DNA from: Octopus vulgaris
Taxonomy: Eukaryota
Assembly (NCBI GenBank): GCA_951406725.2
Contig: OX597834.1
Span: 4,836,001 to 4,900,000, forward strand
Direction: 5' to 3'
DNA: 64,000 bases
In this document: positions 1 to 14,729 of the stretch, in pieces
How the letters are laid out: each line of letters starts with the position of its first letter
Position numbering within the stretch: position 1 is the first letter of the stretch
Position numbers and translations under genes: made by a program
Notes under the pieces: generated by a model
The model's database searches: none
Told to the model about the DNA's origin: nothing
What the model saw: the letters and a program-made list of their open reading frames with translations, nothing else

Positions 1-540
1 AGACGACAAAGCGTTGGATTTTTTTCTCAAACATGCTTTGATCAGTCGATAGATATTTTTACGTGTAGAAAGGTACGTAATTTCTCCAAATTCACTTTTA
101 TATCATTTACAAAAGAGAACTGAGTGAAATAATTTACGTGCTTCGAAAATATTTATTCAGAAAATTCAAGCAGATGGTTACATACCGAATAACGAACATC
201 AAAATGTTCTGCTTCGGTTTATGTAATTTGCATAATAACAAATTTATTGTTATAATTATGGTGAAAAAATGATTGTAGTATTCTACTTGAGAAAGCATAT
301 GGCCATTGAGCAAAGCAAGCTTGAAACATTATACTTTGTTAACGAGATCTATAATATCCAAAATATGTACATAGCAACTAACTTGACGAGAAATATCATT
401 AGCTTTAAATGCTAATCAGGAAATTGAAGTTTCTGGAAATGAAGTCTCGATTTAGAGAATTTGAATTCCCACCTCTTTCGGAATCGCGAACTATTCTTTA
501 GATTTGACTTTATATCTTTTGTTGAGAACTAAGAATCAGT

Positions 541-774
541 TACTCTTTTAGTTGTTTCAGTCATTTGACTGCGGCCATGGTGGAGCACCGCCTTTAGTCG
601 AGCAAATCGACCCCAGGACTTATTCTTTGTAAGCCTAGTGCTTATTTTATCGACCTCTTTTGCCGAACCGCAAAGTTACGGGGACATGAACACACCAGCA
701 TCGGTTGTCAAGCGATTTTGGGGGGACAAACACAGACACACAAACACACACACACACATACACACACACACACA

Positions 775-828
<54 letters not shown>

Positions 829-999
829 CATATACACGAAAGGCTTCTTTCAGTTTCCGTCTACCAAATCCACTCACAAGGCTTGGGTCGGCCCGAGGCT
901 ATAGTAGAAGACACTTGCCCAAAGTACCACGCAGTGGGACTGAACCCGGAACCATGTGGTTGACAAGCAAGCTACTTACCACACAGCCACTCCTGCGCC
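541..999 (-). mobile_element. SINE family A, full length (tRNA-like head, CORE-like block, internal (TA)/(TG) microsatellite, tail ending GAAACAAGTAAAAGAG-like)
   Basis: Minus strand begins GGCGCAGGAGTGGCTGTGTGGTAAG (A-box-like) and GGTTCAGTCCC (B-box-like); near-identical copies recur across the window. Confidence 0.9.
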
Positions 1000-1254
1000 T
1001 TCTATTCTACGTATGAAATTCAGAATATCCCTACTTTTCTGAATTACATCAGTTATAATATATATAATAATGTAGAACGAAGCAATTGAAGGTGCTCATA
1101 TTAGTTAACTTTTCTTTTTTTAATTAACCATATTATTTGTGCCGTGAGATTGAACATGTATGTATATGAGAATATGTGTAGGTGTATCTGCAAGTAAATA
1201 CATGGAAGCTGATGCTCTCCCTGTTCAGGCGTATGTGTGACTCACTGTTTGTGA

Positions 1255-1362
<108 letters not shown>

Positions 1363-1402
1363 GCTACTGTATATATTTGTTGTCAATATACGTGTTATAC
1401 CC

Positions 1403-1590
1403 GGCGACGAGTTGATAGAATCGTTAGCATGCTGGGAAGGGTGTTTTGCAGCATTTCGTGTGTCTCTTCGTTCTAAGTTCAAATTCCGCCGAGGCTGACT
1501 TTGCCTTCCTTCAATTCGGTATCGATAAAACAAATACAAGCTTAGTACTGTGGTCGATTTAATCGCCATAATTTCTGGCCTTGTGCCAAA
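1403..1590 (+). mobile_element. SINE family B, degenerate copy
   Basis: GTTCAAATTCCGCCGAGG B-box region and CTTTGCCTT...TCGATAAAA module shared with other copies. Confidence 0.75.
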
Positions 1591-2130
1591 CTCTGGAAGC
1601 TGTAAATGCGTTGGTGCACGTGTAAGTTGCAGCCGTGTGTTGCCGTCTTTTCGTTCATATGTAGAGACACTGAGTGAGCGCGTGTTCGCGTGCGAGCACT
1701 TGTATGAATGTATCTATATATTGATGATGCATTTCATGAACTTCTTGACAAGATCACTGACCTAAGCAAAACATTCAAAGTTTCCAATTTACGATGTCTC
1801 ATAAACTTCACTGCCAAACCACTCTATCGCTTTAGAATCTTATTCCTTCTTCCCTTCTAATTTCACTTGATACTAAAGTGTCATCCATATTATCTATCTC
1901 GCTCCTAATTTCAGTCCCTCATCCTTCTTCACTTTCTCCCCCTCTCTCTCTTCCCCCATCTCTCTCTTTATCTCTCTTCCAAACAACTATACTCGCACAC
2001 TCCCGTCATACGCACACCGTAAATACACACACGTGAGTGTGTGTGTGTGTTTATGAAAGCATATATACACACGCATGCATGTGCACATATCACATACATG
2101 CAAATATATGCTACGTATTCATAAATATAC

Positions 2131-2347
2131 TATTTCTTTACTACCCACAAGGGACTAAACACAGAGGGGACAAACGGATTGAGTCGATTATATTGACCCC
2201 AATGCGTAACTGGTACTTATTTAATCAACCCCGAAAGGATGAGAAGCAAAGTTGACCTCGGCGGAATTTGAACTCAGAACGTAACCGCAGATGAAATACT
2301 GCTAAGCATTTCGCCCGGCGTGCTAACGATTCTACCAGCTCGCCGTT
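2131..2347 (-). mobile_element. SINE family B with 13-bp TSD
   Basis: TTCATAAATATAC at 2118-2130 and 2348-2360; matches family consensus. Confidence 0.9.
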
Positions 2348-2939
2348 TTCATAAATATACACACATAATTACATACTTATTTAAACGCAATTACATTACA
2401 ATCATGATGCTGTGAGAGATGTCTTAAATAACTTCAGGTTTTCATATGAACATACTACATGTGCGGAAATATACGTATTTACATGTGCTCTATCACTAAT
2501 ATCCATGCACTCAACATGCACACATTTAATATCATATGCACAAGTGCACACATTAATAAATTGAAGTTTAAAAATGGAATTACATTGATATCATACACAC
2601 AGAAATATGTAAATATGCACTGGGAATCATTAAAGATACAAAGAAGTATCCGCAGTTGTACGTGAAAATTTATACGATGTTACATAATAGTTGCCACAGC
2701 AATAGAAATATCCTGGCGCCATTTCTAATTTTCACGATTAAGCAAACCACACTATAATACACAGATTATTTTAGCGTTGAAGTCTTTTTTTTTAAGTATT
2801 TAACTAGAGTATTTATTTTTTTTTTGTACTCTTTCATTTTTGAAAACATTGAATTAGAATCTGATTAGAAATAATTGCCAATCAGCTATGATTAGTGTGT
2901 GGTATAAATCTGTTGATAGACTTTTTCTTTATAATAAAA

Positions 2940-3282
2940 GCCGTCTTTTATAACCAAAATCCTGACACTCAATACATGCCTGACTATAACCATTCCATAC
3001 GTTGTTTCTATGATAAACATGACATGCCATTTGACATGAAAAGGGTCTACCCTAACAACTTACCCTTCAACAAAAGAGTATGCATGCCACCCTATACTGA
3101 CGCTGCTTTGGAAGCAAAGTTTACCCTTACTAAATCCAAGCTTCTATCAGCCTTCTCTAATTACACCCAAAGGCATATACAAGAACGATCAGTAAATAAG
3201 ACCCACGATCTTAACACCAAAATTAAGAAAGGCCTTAATAAATTAAAAAATCGCATCAAAAACAGAGAGATCGTCTTTTATA
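2940..3282 (+). pseudogene. Penelope-like element ORF fragment (region N-terminal to RT)
   Basis: NLPFNKRVCMP...KGLNKLKNRIKNREIVFYK resembles the segment preceding the PLE (T/A)DK motif; truncated. Confidence 0.55.
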
Positions 3283-4179
3283 AGTTGTTTCGTTTACATG
3301 CTAACGATTGCACTCACACGCTCACATACACACATTGACATACATATGCGTATTAATGCTTACATGTGTGCGTGTGTGTGTGTGCGTTTGTGTGTGCTTG
3401 TGTATGTGTGTATGAGTACATATCAGGATTTTTGTAGAGCTTTCCTGTATGAAATAATTCACAAAGAACAAACATTTTATACATACTAAAGAGACCACAA
3501 TCCTTAGAAAATACAGCCATTATCATTACTGTTATCATACTCTGAATGATGATGATTATCATAAGAATCATCAATCGCCATTATTATTAGAAGGAAAATG
3601 GTAGTTGTGACTACAGCGATGTCAAGGCATTTGAAAAGAAGACATTTTCAGCATGACGTTATAACTTAAATAACACGTAAGAACGTACAATGTCTATATT
3701 AAGAAATTCTCTCAAATATTGTCGCTGTCCAAGACATCACCGACATCATCGTCGTCGTCATCATCATGACCACCATCATCATAATCGTCATCATCATGCT
3801 CACACCAGCCACAACCTTCCTACACACCCAATATTTTTAGTAGAATCATCAGCAACAATAACGACAGCAAAATCATCGGCAAAGAAAATCATTTTTTTTT
3901 CTTAGATGCAGGAAGTGAATAAAAAATGTAACAGATTTTCAGACAATATTTACTGGAGAATCTAGTATATAAACAATCATTTTCATACAACCTCCACATC
4001 GCCAACACGAACAAAAAAGCCATTTATTCTGAATTAGTATAATTGATGACTGTGAATCCAAAACGAAGAACAATGCCAACAAAAGAATAAAAACAAATTT
4101 GAATAGCAAACGTATTCAAGTATGGAAATTTTTATGCTTGTATGTGTGTGTGGATACATATATATATTTTATATACACA

Positions 4180-4238
<59 letters not shown>

Positions 4239-4538
4239 GTTTACATAGAAGTTTATATAGATTTACACACAGGTATGTATTCAAGAGATTTGAAAGTAAG
4301 TATAGCCATGTTGAATATCGTAGGATCTAGCAGTGGAATGATCTACATTTTTAGGCACCTTCATTGCATCGACGTAAATCGAATTGTTTCTATTATTCTC
4401 CTTGTTTCGCCAATGTCATAAGAGAAGATATGGAAGGCGGAAATAAGACTAATTCCTATATATTCGCTTGTTACAGAAACGATACGATAGGATCTACATT
4501 GGAAACGAATTTATTTCCTTACATAGATATGCATCCTC

Positions 4539-4592
<54 letters not shown>

Positions 4593-4620
4593 CAAATATA
4601 TATTTTATATATATATTTTA

Positions 4621-4870
4621 TGTGAAGTCGTGTGTTAAAACAGATATTGTTATATTTCGGAATGGTCATTTTGCTAGTTTAGCCAATAAAAACACACGCT
4701 CTATATATTTGGTGTTATTTTGCTTCAGTGTTATTTATTTTTTACATTAATCTTAATCTCATTTCGGCCAGAGTTCTTTCGTCACACTTCTGTGACCGCA
4801 TCAGTGGTCATTTGTTTTCTTCTTTCTTATTTGTGTCTCTCTTTACTAACCGTCAGCCATTTTGTATTTC
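4621..4870 (-). mobile_element. PLE-like non-autonomous repeat with hammerhead motif (family H2)
   Basis: Homologous to both arms at 32266-32677; minus strand CCA-CTGATGC-G-GTCACA/GAAG/TGTGAC-GAAA-GAAC-TC-TGG at 4766-4809; next to a TA tract. Confidence 0.75.
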
Positions 4871-5130
4871 TATTGTATGTCTTCATTTGCGCATGCTTAT
4901 ATCTCTATGTGCGTATATGTTTATTTAGTGTGTGTGTGTGTGGGGGAGATGCCTGTAATATTTGTATCTTCTGTTTATATACGTTCATGTAATTTGTTGT
5001 TGTTGTTGTTGTTTATATATATATATATATATAAATAGACAGATATATAGCTATATAGCTGGGTATATATAGAGTGTGAGAGAGGTATATAGAAATATAT
5101 ATATATATATATACTCATATGTATATATAA

Positions 5131-5191
<61 letters not shown>

Positions 5192-5195
<4 letters not shown>

Positions 5196-5578
5196 GGTTC
5201 ATAAATCCGTTTTATAGGCATAATGGTGTAATATTCCATTATTTGAGTAAAATCCCAAAGTCCAACAGAGTTTAATATGAGTCCATCCAAATGTAAACTT
5301 TATAAGCAATGTAAGATTCTCTTATAGTTGGTCATTCCCAGTAGGGAATTTATATAGAATGTAGCAGATTCAAGGTCTTATGAACTCAATACCCATACAT
5401 GTCTTACATCTATTTTCTTTCCTCCACCTCAATCTCTATTTGTATCACATCGAAACTAACTATGACTTAATTTTTACTCTCACACTGTCTCCGGTGAAGG
5501 GATATTAGTCATTAATATTCTAGAAACAGCTGTAAGACCTATCTATAAATGCTCTAATATCTATATCTCATTACGCAA

Positions 5579-5585
<7 letters not shown>
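5192..5585 (+). mobile_element. Insertion in (TA)n with degenerate hammerhead motif
   Basis: GTCT-CCGGTGA-stem II-GAA-ACAGCTGT-A-AGAC at 5487-5538; long TA tracts on both sides. Confidence 0.55.
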
Positions 5586-5670
<85 letters not shown>

Positions 5671-5760
5671 ATAAATATATATATGAATATACATATATAT
5701 ATATATATGTGTATAAATATATATATATGAATATACATATATATATAAATATATATATAG

Positions 5761-5795
<35 letters not shown>

Positions 5796-6339
5796 AACAT
5801 AAATGTATATATGTATGTATATCTCCTCTATGGAGCAGAAACATGCAAACTTGTAGCGTCACTAAATAATATTGAGAGTATTATCTTGTCAGCACGTTTT
5901 GCTCAAAACACTCATTAGCTACTCAAATCCATTAAACCAAACCAATCTTTTTAATATATTTACAAGCACTATAGTTATAGTTCCCTGAAGACTTGTTCTT
6001 ACAAAGCTCAGTCAGAGTTTTATAGCGTTAATCTCTTGTGATAATGAACTCTGAGATCGTACTTCAGAATATCAGAAAGAACTTGCGCATAATTCTACTT
6101 TAGACAAGGTATCTGTCCTAATTTCTATGGCGTTTGAATCTAGAAAGGAAGTAACTAAAACATAAAACAAAGTCCAGCTGCTTTATCATATAATTGGAAC
6201 CCAACAGAACTATAGAGGTTCACAAATTAATGCAGACACTCTAACAGTCGAAAGTTTTGACACTTATCTTGTCTCTGGGTATACATGAGTTCTTCTGCAC
6301 CTATGTTTGTGCAGTATATCAATGTATATAATGCATGTT

Positions 6340-6566
6340 GCGAGCTGGCAGAAACGTTAGCACGCCGGGCGAAATGCTTAGCGGTATTTCGTCTGCCGCT
6401 ACGTTCTGAGTTCAAATTCCGCCGAGGTCGACTTTGCCTTTCATCCTTCCGGGGTCGATAAATTAAGTACCAGTTACACACTGGGGTCGATATAATCAAC
6501 TTAATCCGTTTGTCTGTCCTTGTTTGTCCCCTCTGTGTTTAGCCCCTTGTGGGTAGTAAAGAAATA
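6340..6566 (+). mobile_element. SINE family B with 16-bp TSD
   Basis: TATATCAATGTATATA at 6315-6330 and 6567-6582. Confidence 0.9.
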
Positions 6567-8298
6567 TATATCAATGTATATACGAGGTTGATATATGTGT
6601 ATATCTATCTAAGTGAAAATAATTCCTGAATAACTAAACAAATAAAAATGACATACGGGTTTCGTTTTTGTTTCCTAAATTTTATATAAGTCTGCCAAAA
6701 TTTGGAAGAGATTAAGTTTGTATCTAAGATTTGGGAGAAAGGCGTGATGGTCAAATGTGTAAGGGACATAAAAAGATTTGGTATTAACTTAACAATGTCA
6801 GAGTGAGAAGTTGTTATTGACTATGTAGAGATAAAGAGGAAATTACTGTCTGGCGTTTCAATGCAACGGTGAGCTGGCATCAGAATGAAATGCGGAAAGG
6901 TTTCATTTAAGGTCAAGAACGAGACTGGAAAAGGAGATATTGTTCTACGAGTAGCAGTTAAATATTGCGAGTGAATATAAGTAAAAGAGAAAGCAAAGGC
7001 CCACAGAAAATTCAATGTTTATACAGCGGTATATAAAAGTATATATATATATATATATAAAGAGATATATTTGTATATACACGCACACACTTACACGCAC
7101 ATACATACGTACATATATACATATATACATACATAATACATACTTACATACATATGATTAGTTCTTCGTTTTGTAATCAATATTTTTGGGTTATTATATC
7201 GAACAGCGTCTTGGTGATTCAGGAAATCTTTTGAATTTTCAATTAATAAATTCGTAAATCTACGAAACAAGAAATTATTACTTTTTTTGTGATTGAAATT
7301 AGGAACTTTTATAATTATTAATGTATCAATGAATAAAACAAATAATATGTATATAAAAACATATGAATTAGGGGATTCAAGCGAATAATAAGGATTGCTA
7401 TTATTTATTTGCGAAAAATTGTTGAACCTTTAAATAAGGAGTAGCTCCAATGGGTTAAAAGTTGAATTAAAAGCAAGGTAAGCAAACGCATCAGATCTAA
7501 TGCTCACTATATGAGTAAATACGAATAACGTGGTGGTGGTGGTGGTAGTGGTGGGGGAAGCTAGAAAAATACAAACAAAAAATGCAAAACCTGTTTTATG
7601 ATATGTTGTCGAGTAACGCAGAAGGCATAATAGATAAATCGTTTATAAACCGGATATCCAATGAAATACGGTCCAATTTGTTAACCTCACCAGAGAGGGG
7701 TGAAACCAACCCACCTAACAGATTTTTCTTGTATAAATATTCTATAAACTTGTGATGTTTTTCATCTTTTTATTGAATTCGAGACAGCAGTTAACGATGT
7801 AAAATATACATCTGTTTCCGTTAGTGTATACAATCATACATAAACACACACCTACTTATATATATTTAGAAGCACATATATGTTTATCTATCAAACTCTC
7901 TCTCTCTCTCTCTCTCTATCTGTCTATCTACCTATCCATCTATCTAGCTACCTAGCCTACTACCTGTATTTATGTCTATTTAGATTCATGTATATATTCA
8001 TGCACAAGTATGCATATATATCTATATCTATCGAACTTTTGTATGCAGGTATGCAAGTGTGTCCGTATTTGCAAGTCTATGAGAATTACTTAATGCAGTT
8101 TTTGAAGTGTGAAGTTGATTTAAAAAAAATTGTTTTCAAATCCTTATGAGTATATTACTAACCATTTTGGGGAAGTATTTTTATTATATATCCACATTCC
8201 TACAGCATTTATTGTAATCTTGACCAATTCAAATACACTGATAAGCTATGGGTAACCAAGCTATTCAGTAAATATAATCCCATTATATATCTACTGTT

Positions 8299-8344
<46 letters not shown>

Positions 8345-8693
8345 TAGAAGAAATGAGGTACTCAGAAGATCGGATGGTTTATATTTACAGATAAGTGATA
8401 TGATATATATATATATATAAAAAATGTAATATACAAACGGAGAGTGAACATGCTACTATCATGTTCTTAAGAATGAAATCAACCCCTCTGTCTATATATC
8501 TGCCCTCTTTATAATGTTGGCAAATGAAATAGGGATAAGAATGTGCATTGTCCGTTTGATTGCAAAATTTCTATAAGTGGCTGAAGATTGCTCGACATTT
8601 TAAAACTGATGTAATTCTTACAGTGTTTAATAAAATGAAGTAGCATGAAACAATTGTACTACTCTACCTTGGATATCCTTGTTGCTTATTTTG

Positions 8694-8750
<57 letters not shown>

Positions 8751-9306
8751 TCTGGTCAGTCACGTGATACGTGATATATATATATGTTGTGTGTGTGTGT
8801 GTGTTATTACGTCTCTTTAAATTTATTAAAATATAAAATTTGTTGACTTTTTTTTACATATTTCATATCTTTAGAAAATATCATGAATTCTAATTCTAAG
8901 AAATGATTAATTTCCTAAAATTGTAAATTCACAAGAGAAATTGACTGGCAATAAATATTGCGTGTCTGAGGGTTCTCAGAGTAACACATACTGGAGTTAA
9001 CTTCGGTGGTCATCCTTCGGGGGTTTATAATATAAGTAAAATACTAGTCAGTTACTGGTCTAGATTCAATTAAACTTGTAGCCAAGTCCAAATGTGAGAA
9101 ATCAATATTTTTGGAAATAAAGAAGGTCGATCATTTCTTGTCTGTTCTAACGACTGCAAATGCAGCAGACACTTCCAAGAAAATAAAAGAGAAAATAATG
9201 ATCACGTTATTTACCAATTCTGCTTCAGTGACCACTTTAAAACATTGCCATTTCCAACTAACATATTCTCTTGTGTGGTGTGTGTTGGTGTTTAGTTTTC
9301 TTCTTC

Positions 9307-9307
<1 letters not shown>

Positions 9308-9362
<55 letters not shown>
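9308..9362. repeat. (CAT)n microsatellite
   Basis: Direct reading. Confidence 0.95.
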
Positions 9363-9363
<1 letters not shown>

Positions 9364-9565
9364 TTTATTTGCCACCTATTTCTGTGCGTTTTCCTGCAGG
9401 AAAAGCAAACGGAAAAATAAGTATTAAAAAATAAGGGAAGTGAAGTAACACAATGTATATAAAAGCGAAGAAATTATTTAGCCAACTTTGCTTATTTTAT
9501 CAATCGCTGTATCTATATGTATTTAGGTATCTCTCTTTCTCTCTCTCTCTCTCTAGCGTCTGCAT

Positions 9566-9618
9566 CTTCTTCTTCTTCTTCTTCTTCTTCTTCTTCTTCT
9601 TCTTCTTCTTCTTCTTCT

Positions 9619-9657
<39 letters not shown>

Positions 9658-9712
9658 TCTTCTTCTCCTTCTTCTTCTTCTTCTTCTTCTTCTTCATATT
9701 CTTCTTCTTCTT
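9566..9712. repeat. (TTC)n microsatellite
   Basis: Direct reading. Confidence 0.95.
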
Positions 9713-9729
9713 CTCTCTCACTTTGTACT

Positions 9730-9795
<66 letters not shown>

Positions 9796-10613
9796 TACAT
9801 ATACATATATATATATGTGTACCTACCTACACAAACTCGTACACATCTATTTGCATGAATAAATGGACGCCTTGATGCGCTTGTGGGGGTGGAATGTGTT
9901 TGTGTGTGTGAGGTTTTGTGAATGCGTCAATGAACACATCTATCGATAATAGTTGCTAGGTGTCACGAAATTACTCTATGAGGTTACCATCGTCCAAAGG
10001 CGACCATTTAAGTGGTGTGAACATATAGGCATTATATATTAACTACATTTATTTTCCAGCCTCTTTACCGTTCGTCTTTATTAAATTATACGCATATATA
10101 TTAATAGAATTATATACTTCCCAAAACCCATGCACCACAACACACAGATACAAATATATAAAGCAACAGTATGAAAGTAAGATTACATGGTAATCTTCAT
10201 GTATATATTTCGGTATGTGTATTTGTTTCTGTGTAGAGTTAAAATAAAGAACAAGTAGTTTAAAATAGTTATGTATTTAATCAACCAATACTAACGCTTC
10301 CTTCTGTGGATCTTTCCTATTTCCGTTCAAACGCAGCTAAATTTATCTTATTCTTGACTGCCGCTTGATGCTCTTTTGTAGCAACAATGCGAAGGTAGAT
10401 TGTGCCTTCTATATTTTTTCTAGTTGCTACATGAGTTGCCTTTCTGCAATCATATCAGATCAGCAGCCATGGACAATTCTAATTTTGTCAGTACCTGGAA
10501 AATATTTAATTTCTGTTCATATTGTTTGTATTATATATACCAATACTATATCTTATTCAGTACTACTAAGGTATGCCTGAGACTATTATATTTATTGGTG
10601 AATGTCGGTGTCA

Positions 10614-11041
10614 AAGGCGGCGAGCTGGCAGAGACGTTAGCACGCAGGGCGAAATGCGTAGCTGTATTTCGTCTGCCGCTACTTTCTGAGTTCAAATTCC
10701 GCCAAGGTCGACTTTGCTTCTCATCCTTTCGGGGTTGATTAAATAAGTACCAGTTATGCACTGGGGTCGATATAATCGAGTTAATCTGCTTGTCTGACCT
10801 TGTTTGTCCTCTCTGTGTTTAACCTCTTGTGGGCAATAAAGAAATAAGAAACATTAGTACGTCGGGCGAAATACTTGACAGTTTTTCGCCTGTCTTTACG
10901 TTCTGAATTCAAATTCCGCCGATGTCGACTTTGCCTTTCATCCTTTCGGGGTCGATAAATTAAGTACCAGTTACATAGTGGTTCGATCTAATCGAATTCT
11001 CACTCCTCCAATATTTCGGGCATTGTGCTTAGAGTAGAAGA
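10614..11041 (+). mobile_element. Dimeric SINE family B element
   Basis: Two head-to-tail monomers enclosed by one TSD GAATGTCGGT(G/A)TCA at 10600-10613 and 11042-11055. Confidence 0.85.
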
Positions 11042-11324
11042 GAATGTCGGTATCACTTTAATTGGTTATTAAGAAAACTCTGGTGTTTCAAATCATGGCC
11101 GCGATCGAATTTTAATGTTTTATCTACAAAATTGCATTTCTTCCTATTTCGTATGTCTGTTACTGACCAAGCAAGAATTTCCTGGTGATTGTTTTATGGC
11201 ATTCTGATTTCAACACTTGTCTCTGTCACTAAAGGTAGCTTGTTAAGAAATGTATCTTTAGTACATTATTATCAGTGTAACCTATACCTTCGTGTTAGTA
11301 GATAATATGAATGGTGACCTGCAT

Positions 11325-11575
11325 AATTCCTCTCCTTTCCCATAATCATTCACGTAGCTTCCCTTTGCGACGCTTGTCTACTTCGTCGTCAATGTTTACA
11401 GATCTGGAGAGTGTGCTGCTTGTGTACGTGAACTTATCACAAGCTTTTAGGGCTTCCCCTTCGACAGTAATTGTTGGCACCACATACTGCTTTTGTGGGC
11501 AGGTTCGTGCATGAGCTCTGTCTTCTCAGTACGGATCGTGTGACCAAAGTTGTTACAAGCAGTGGGAAAACTGTT
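11325..11575 (-). pseudogene. RTE-clade LINE reverse transcriptase fragment
   Basis: Minus strand translates, with a frameshift, as ACNNFGHTIRTEKTELMHEPA...ITVEGEALKACDKFTYTSSTLSRSVNIDDEV, typical of RTE/BovB ORF. Confidence 0.8.
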
Positions 11576-11892
11576 CAGATGATAATTACATAAAGATATT
11601 CACATCATGAAATTTCCTCTTCAAGCTTCGAACTTACGTATTTTGCTACTGTCTCCTTAATTTCTCTATTTAGAGAATCTACGTCAGTTCTGAAATTATC
11701 TTCGATATCTATTCTTCTTTGTCGCTAAGATCGCCGTTTGGATTTTAAGCATCTGAGTAACATACATACAGCTGATTCTTTACATATCGTGTTCCTGATT
11801 TCTATTCTGATACACTGAGAAATTTTCGAGTAACCAGTTTATAAGTTTCGTCTTCCTCGGAGTGCTACTTAACTGTGGTTTATGTTAAGACA

Positions 11893-12100
11893 GCGAGCTG
11901 GCAGAATCGTTAGCATGCCGAGCAAAATGCTTAGCGGCATTTTGCCCATCTTTATGTTCTGAGTTCAAAGTCCGTCGAGGTCGAGTTTGCTTTTCATCCT
12001 TTATGGGGGTCGATGAAATAAAGTACCAGTTGAGTACCGGTGTTGACCAAATCAACCTATTCTCCCTCGAAAAATTTCTGACATTGTACCAAAACTTGAT
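11893..12100 (+). mobile_element. SINE family B, diverged
   Basis: GCGAGCTGGCAGAATCGTTAGCA head and central module. Confidence 0.8.
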
Positions 12101-13517
12101 AGCAATTGTACTTTATGTAGAAGAGAGCACTTTGAAAGTGTTATAGATATTATTTGCATATTCAGAAGAGATATTTTAATTTCATTCTCATTATACAACC
12201 AAATGCTCTATATAGTGTGCAAATTGGGTTGAAATGATACTGTGGACTGGTCCATCGGAAGAGAATAGAGATTCTTCAGTCATTGATGCTGTTTCTTACA
12301 TTTTCCTTCACAAAGTCTAATGGGTTTTAGAACGATCACACTTAAAAATCCAAAGCAAACTACTTAGCAAGAAATTTATATTTAATTTGAATAAGACAAG
12401 GCTTGAATCATTCCATTAAAAGTACTTTTAACATAATCTAAGACTAGTTTCGTATTGAAGTCCCATGTGACATGCGAAAAGCTGTGTTCTGGAGTATGGT
12501 AAAAATGCTGTTGTAAATCGTCATTACAGCATCTACTTCCATTTGATACTTTAGCAGAGTTATAAAAACTAGAGCAAGGGATAATATTTACTGATAATTT
12601 TCTCTTAAATAATAAAAAAAAACTAACACATTTACGGATATAGATTCCTTGGGAGAAAAAAATACCTATATCGAAATAGTGAAGTTTATATTGCTGTTGA
12701 CTGCGATTGAAGTACTGAACATTGTAATTATCAAGACCTTCATAAAATGAAATAAAATATTAACGATATCAATGACTGGTATTTATACAAGAATTGGTCG
12801 TTTGCACATTAAGTGAAGTCATTGATATTGTGAAATATGAAAATGTGAAAATTATTATCACTCCTCATTAGCATAGTGACCGCAATTATCATTAATCATT
12901 ATAACCCTTACCTAAGAGCATGGTGAACGTTTTACCTGAATTTCTTTACTGTGACCATTGCCTGTCAAATGGTAAGATTCTTGTTCTTCTGTCTTCTAAA
13001 CTTTCGAACAAATATATCTATCGCTACTTACATAGCCATACATACACAAGCACTGCTAAAGCTATTCCATATGTTAACGGACATAAATACTATTTTTATA
13101 TATAGTAAGAAAGAATGGACAATACAAAGGCTTCTATAAATAAAGAATAAATACGTTTCACTGCCATGGAAATTTCTTGTTCAACATTTACAATCATCTG
13201 GCATTGAGAGAAAGATGAAAAGAAATGCAAAGAAGATAGTAATTGCAAGAATTCTTATTTAAGAATTTCCGAATAAGAAACACAAATAGAACTAAAAAAC
13301 ATATTCTTTTATGACATTTATGTTTTATTTGCGACACAAAAAAAGTTTCTGCGACTCTTTTACATCTGACTCTTCTTCTAGGTTTTCCATTTTTAGTCTA
13401 TATTTTCGAGAACTTTGTTTTTATTGATATAGTAGAACGTTTTACAATTATTGTTGCCTTTGTCTTTAGTTCCATTTTTAAAAACATAAAAACAGCCACG
13501 AAAAAATAGACAATATT

Positions 13518-13592
13518 TTACCTGCTTAGTTTTTTTACCTGCAATTTATTACCTGCTTAGTTTTTTACCTGCAATTTATTACCTGCTTAGTT
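13518..13592. repeat. 30-bp tandem repeat, about 2.5 copies
   Basis: ACCTGCTTAGTTTTTTACCTGCAATTTATT repeated. Confidence 0.9.
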
Positions 13593-14212
13593 AACGATAT
13601 GTTATCAGTCTAGGAATTACGTAAAGAAAGAAGTTGTCTCATAACATATTGCTTCTTACAAAAATCATCATATATATATATATTTAACTCCAACGACTAT
13701 CATTTCTACATTTCCTCATCTCAAGCCAAAGCGTTCCAATGTTTCTACAATTAAAAAAAAACGTGCGTTCGATTCTGAATTGACACAGCTCACTTTTCGT
13801 TTACTTTACTATATTATTTCGTATCTGCGTCCAAACATAGTTTACCTATCTCGTTTTCGCGTTTAATGACGAATTATTTCTTTAAACAAAGCACTTAATT
13901 TACACACTGAATAACTGTTTTGCAAAATGACAAAACAATTTGACCGTCATAATGAACCAAACAAATTCAATGAAGGTTACCATTCAATATGTGTATCAGT
14001 GAGCAACGAACTAGATTATATCAAATATAATAGAATCATATAAATTACATCTCTCTCACAACTTTAGAAGAATAACAGTGATCTAAAGAATGGATGTCTG
14101 AAAGGAAAGTCTTTGGAGACCGAATCGAAATAAAATAATCCTGAAAATTTATAGAGATGTCTCCCTTATTTTCATCAGGAGCATATATTCTCTAATATGA
14201 ATAGGTATGTTA

Positions 14213-14412
14213 AGGCGGTGAGCTAGCAGAATTGTTGCTGTGCCGGGAAAAACGCTTAGTGTTATTTCTTCCGACTTTACGTTATAAATTTAAATGACTT
14301 GCCATTTCATCCTTTCGGAGTCGACAAAATAAGTACCGTTCAACACTGGAATCGATCATCGAATCGACTTAGTTCGACCTCGACATCGCTAGCCTTGTGT
14401 CAACATTTGAAA
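14213..14412 (+). mobile_element. SINE family B, diverged
   Basis: Head and TTTCATCCTTTCGGAGTCGA module; degenerate TSD. Confidence 0.75.
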
Positions 14413-14729
14413 CTAAAATGATTAGGTACATCTTGCATCGGCATATTCAGTGAGTTTAACTACTAAAATGATTGATACATGTATGACTAATTTACTTCTA
14501 ATAAAATATAGTTTAAACTATGCTAATGAGAATATAAAAAAAAAGTCTCGATGGCTTCGAGTGAGAGTTTATCTGTCGTTACATCAAATATAGAAGAGAT
14601 ATGCACCACCAAATACTGAAACGACTGTATTAAATCCAAGATGTGCACAGGCTATAAGCCATTTCAATGTCAAATATAAAAACTAGTACAATTTTTTGAA
14701 AACAATTCATTAGCCTTACATTTAATAAT

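Noticed and set aside
11638-11726. Possible minus-strand exon RQRRIDIEDNFRTDVDSLNREIKETVAKY with GTAAGT donor
   Set aside because: Weak acceptor, no recognisable homology and no confident partner exons
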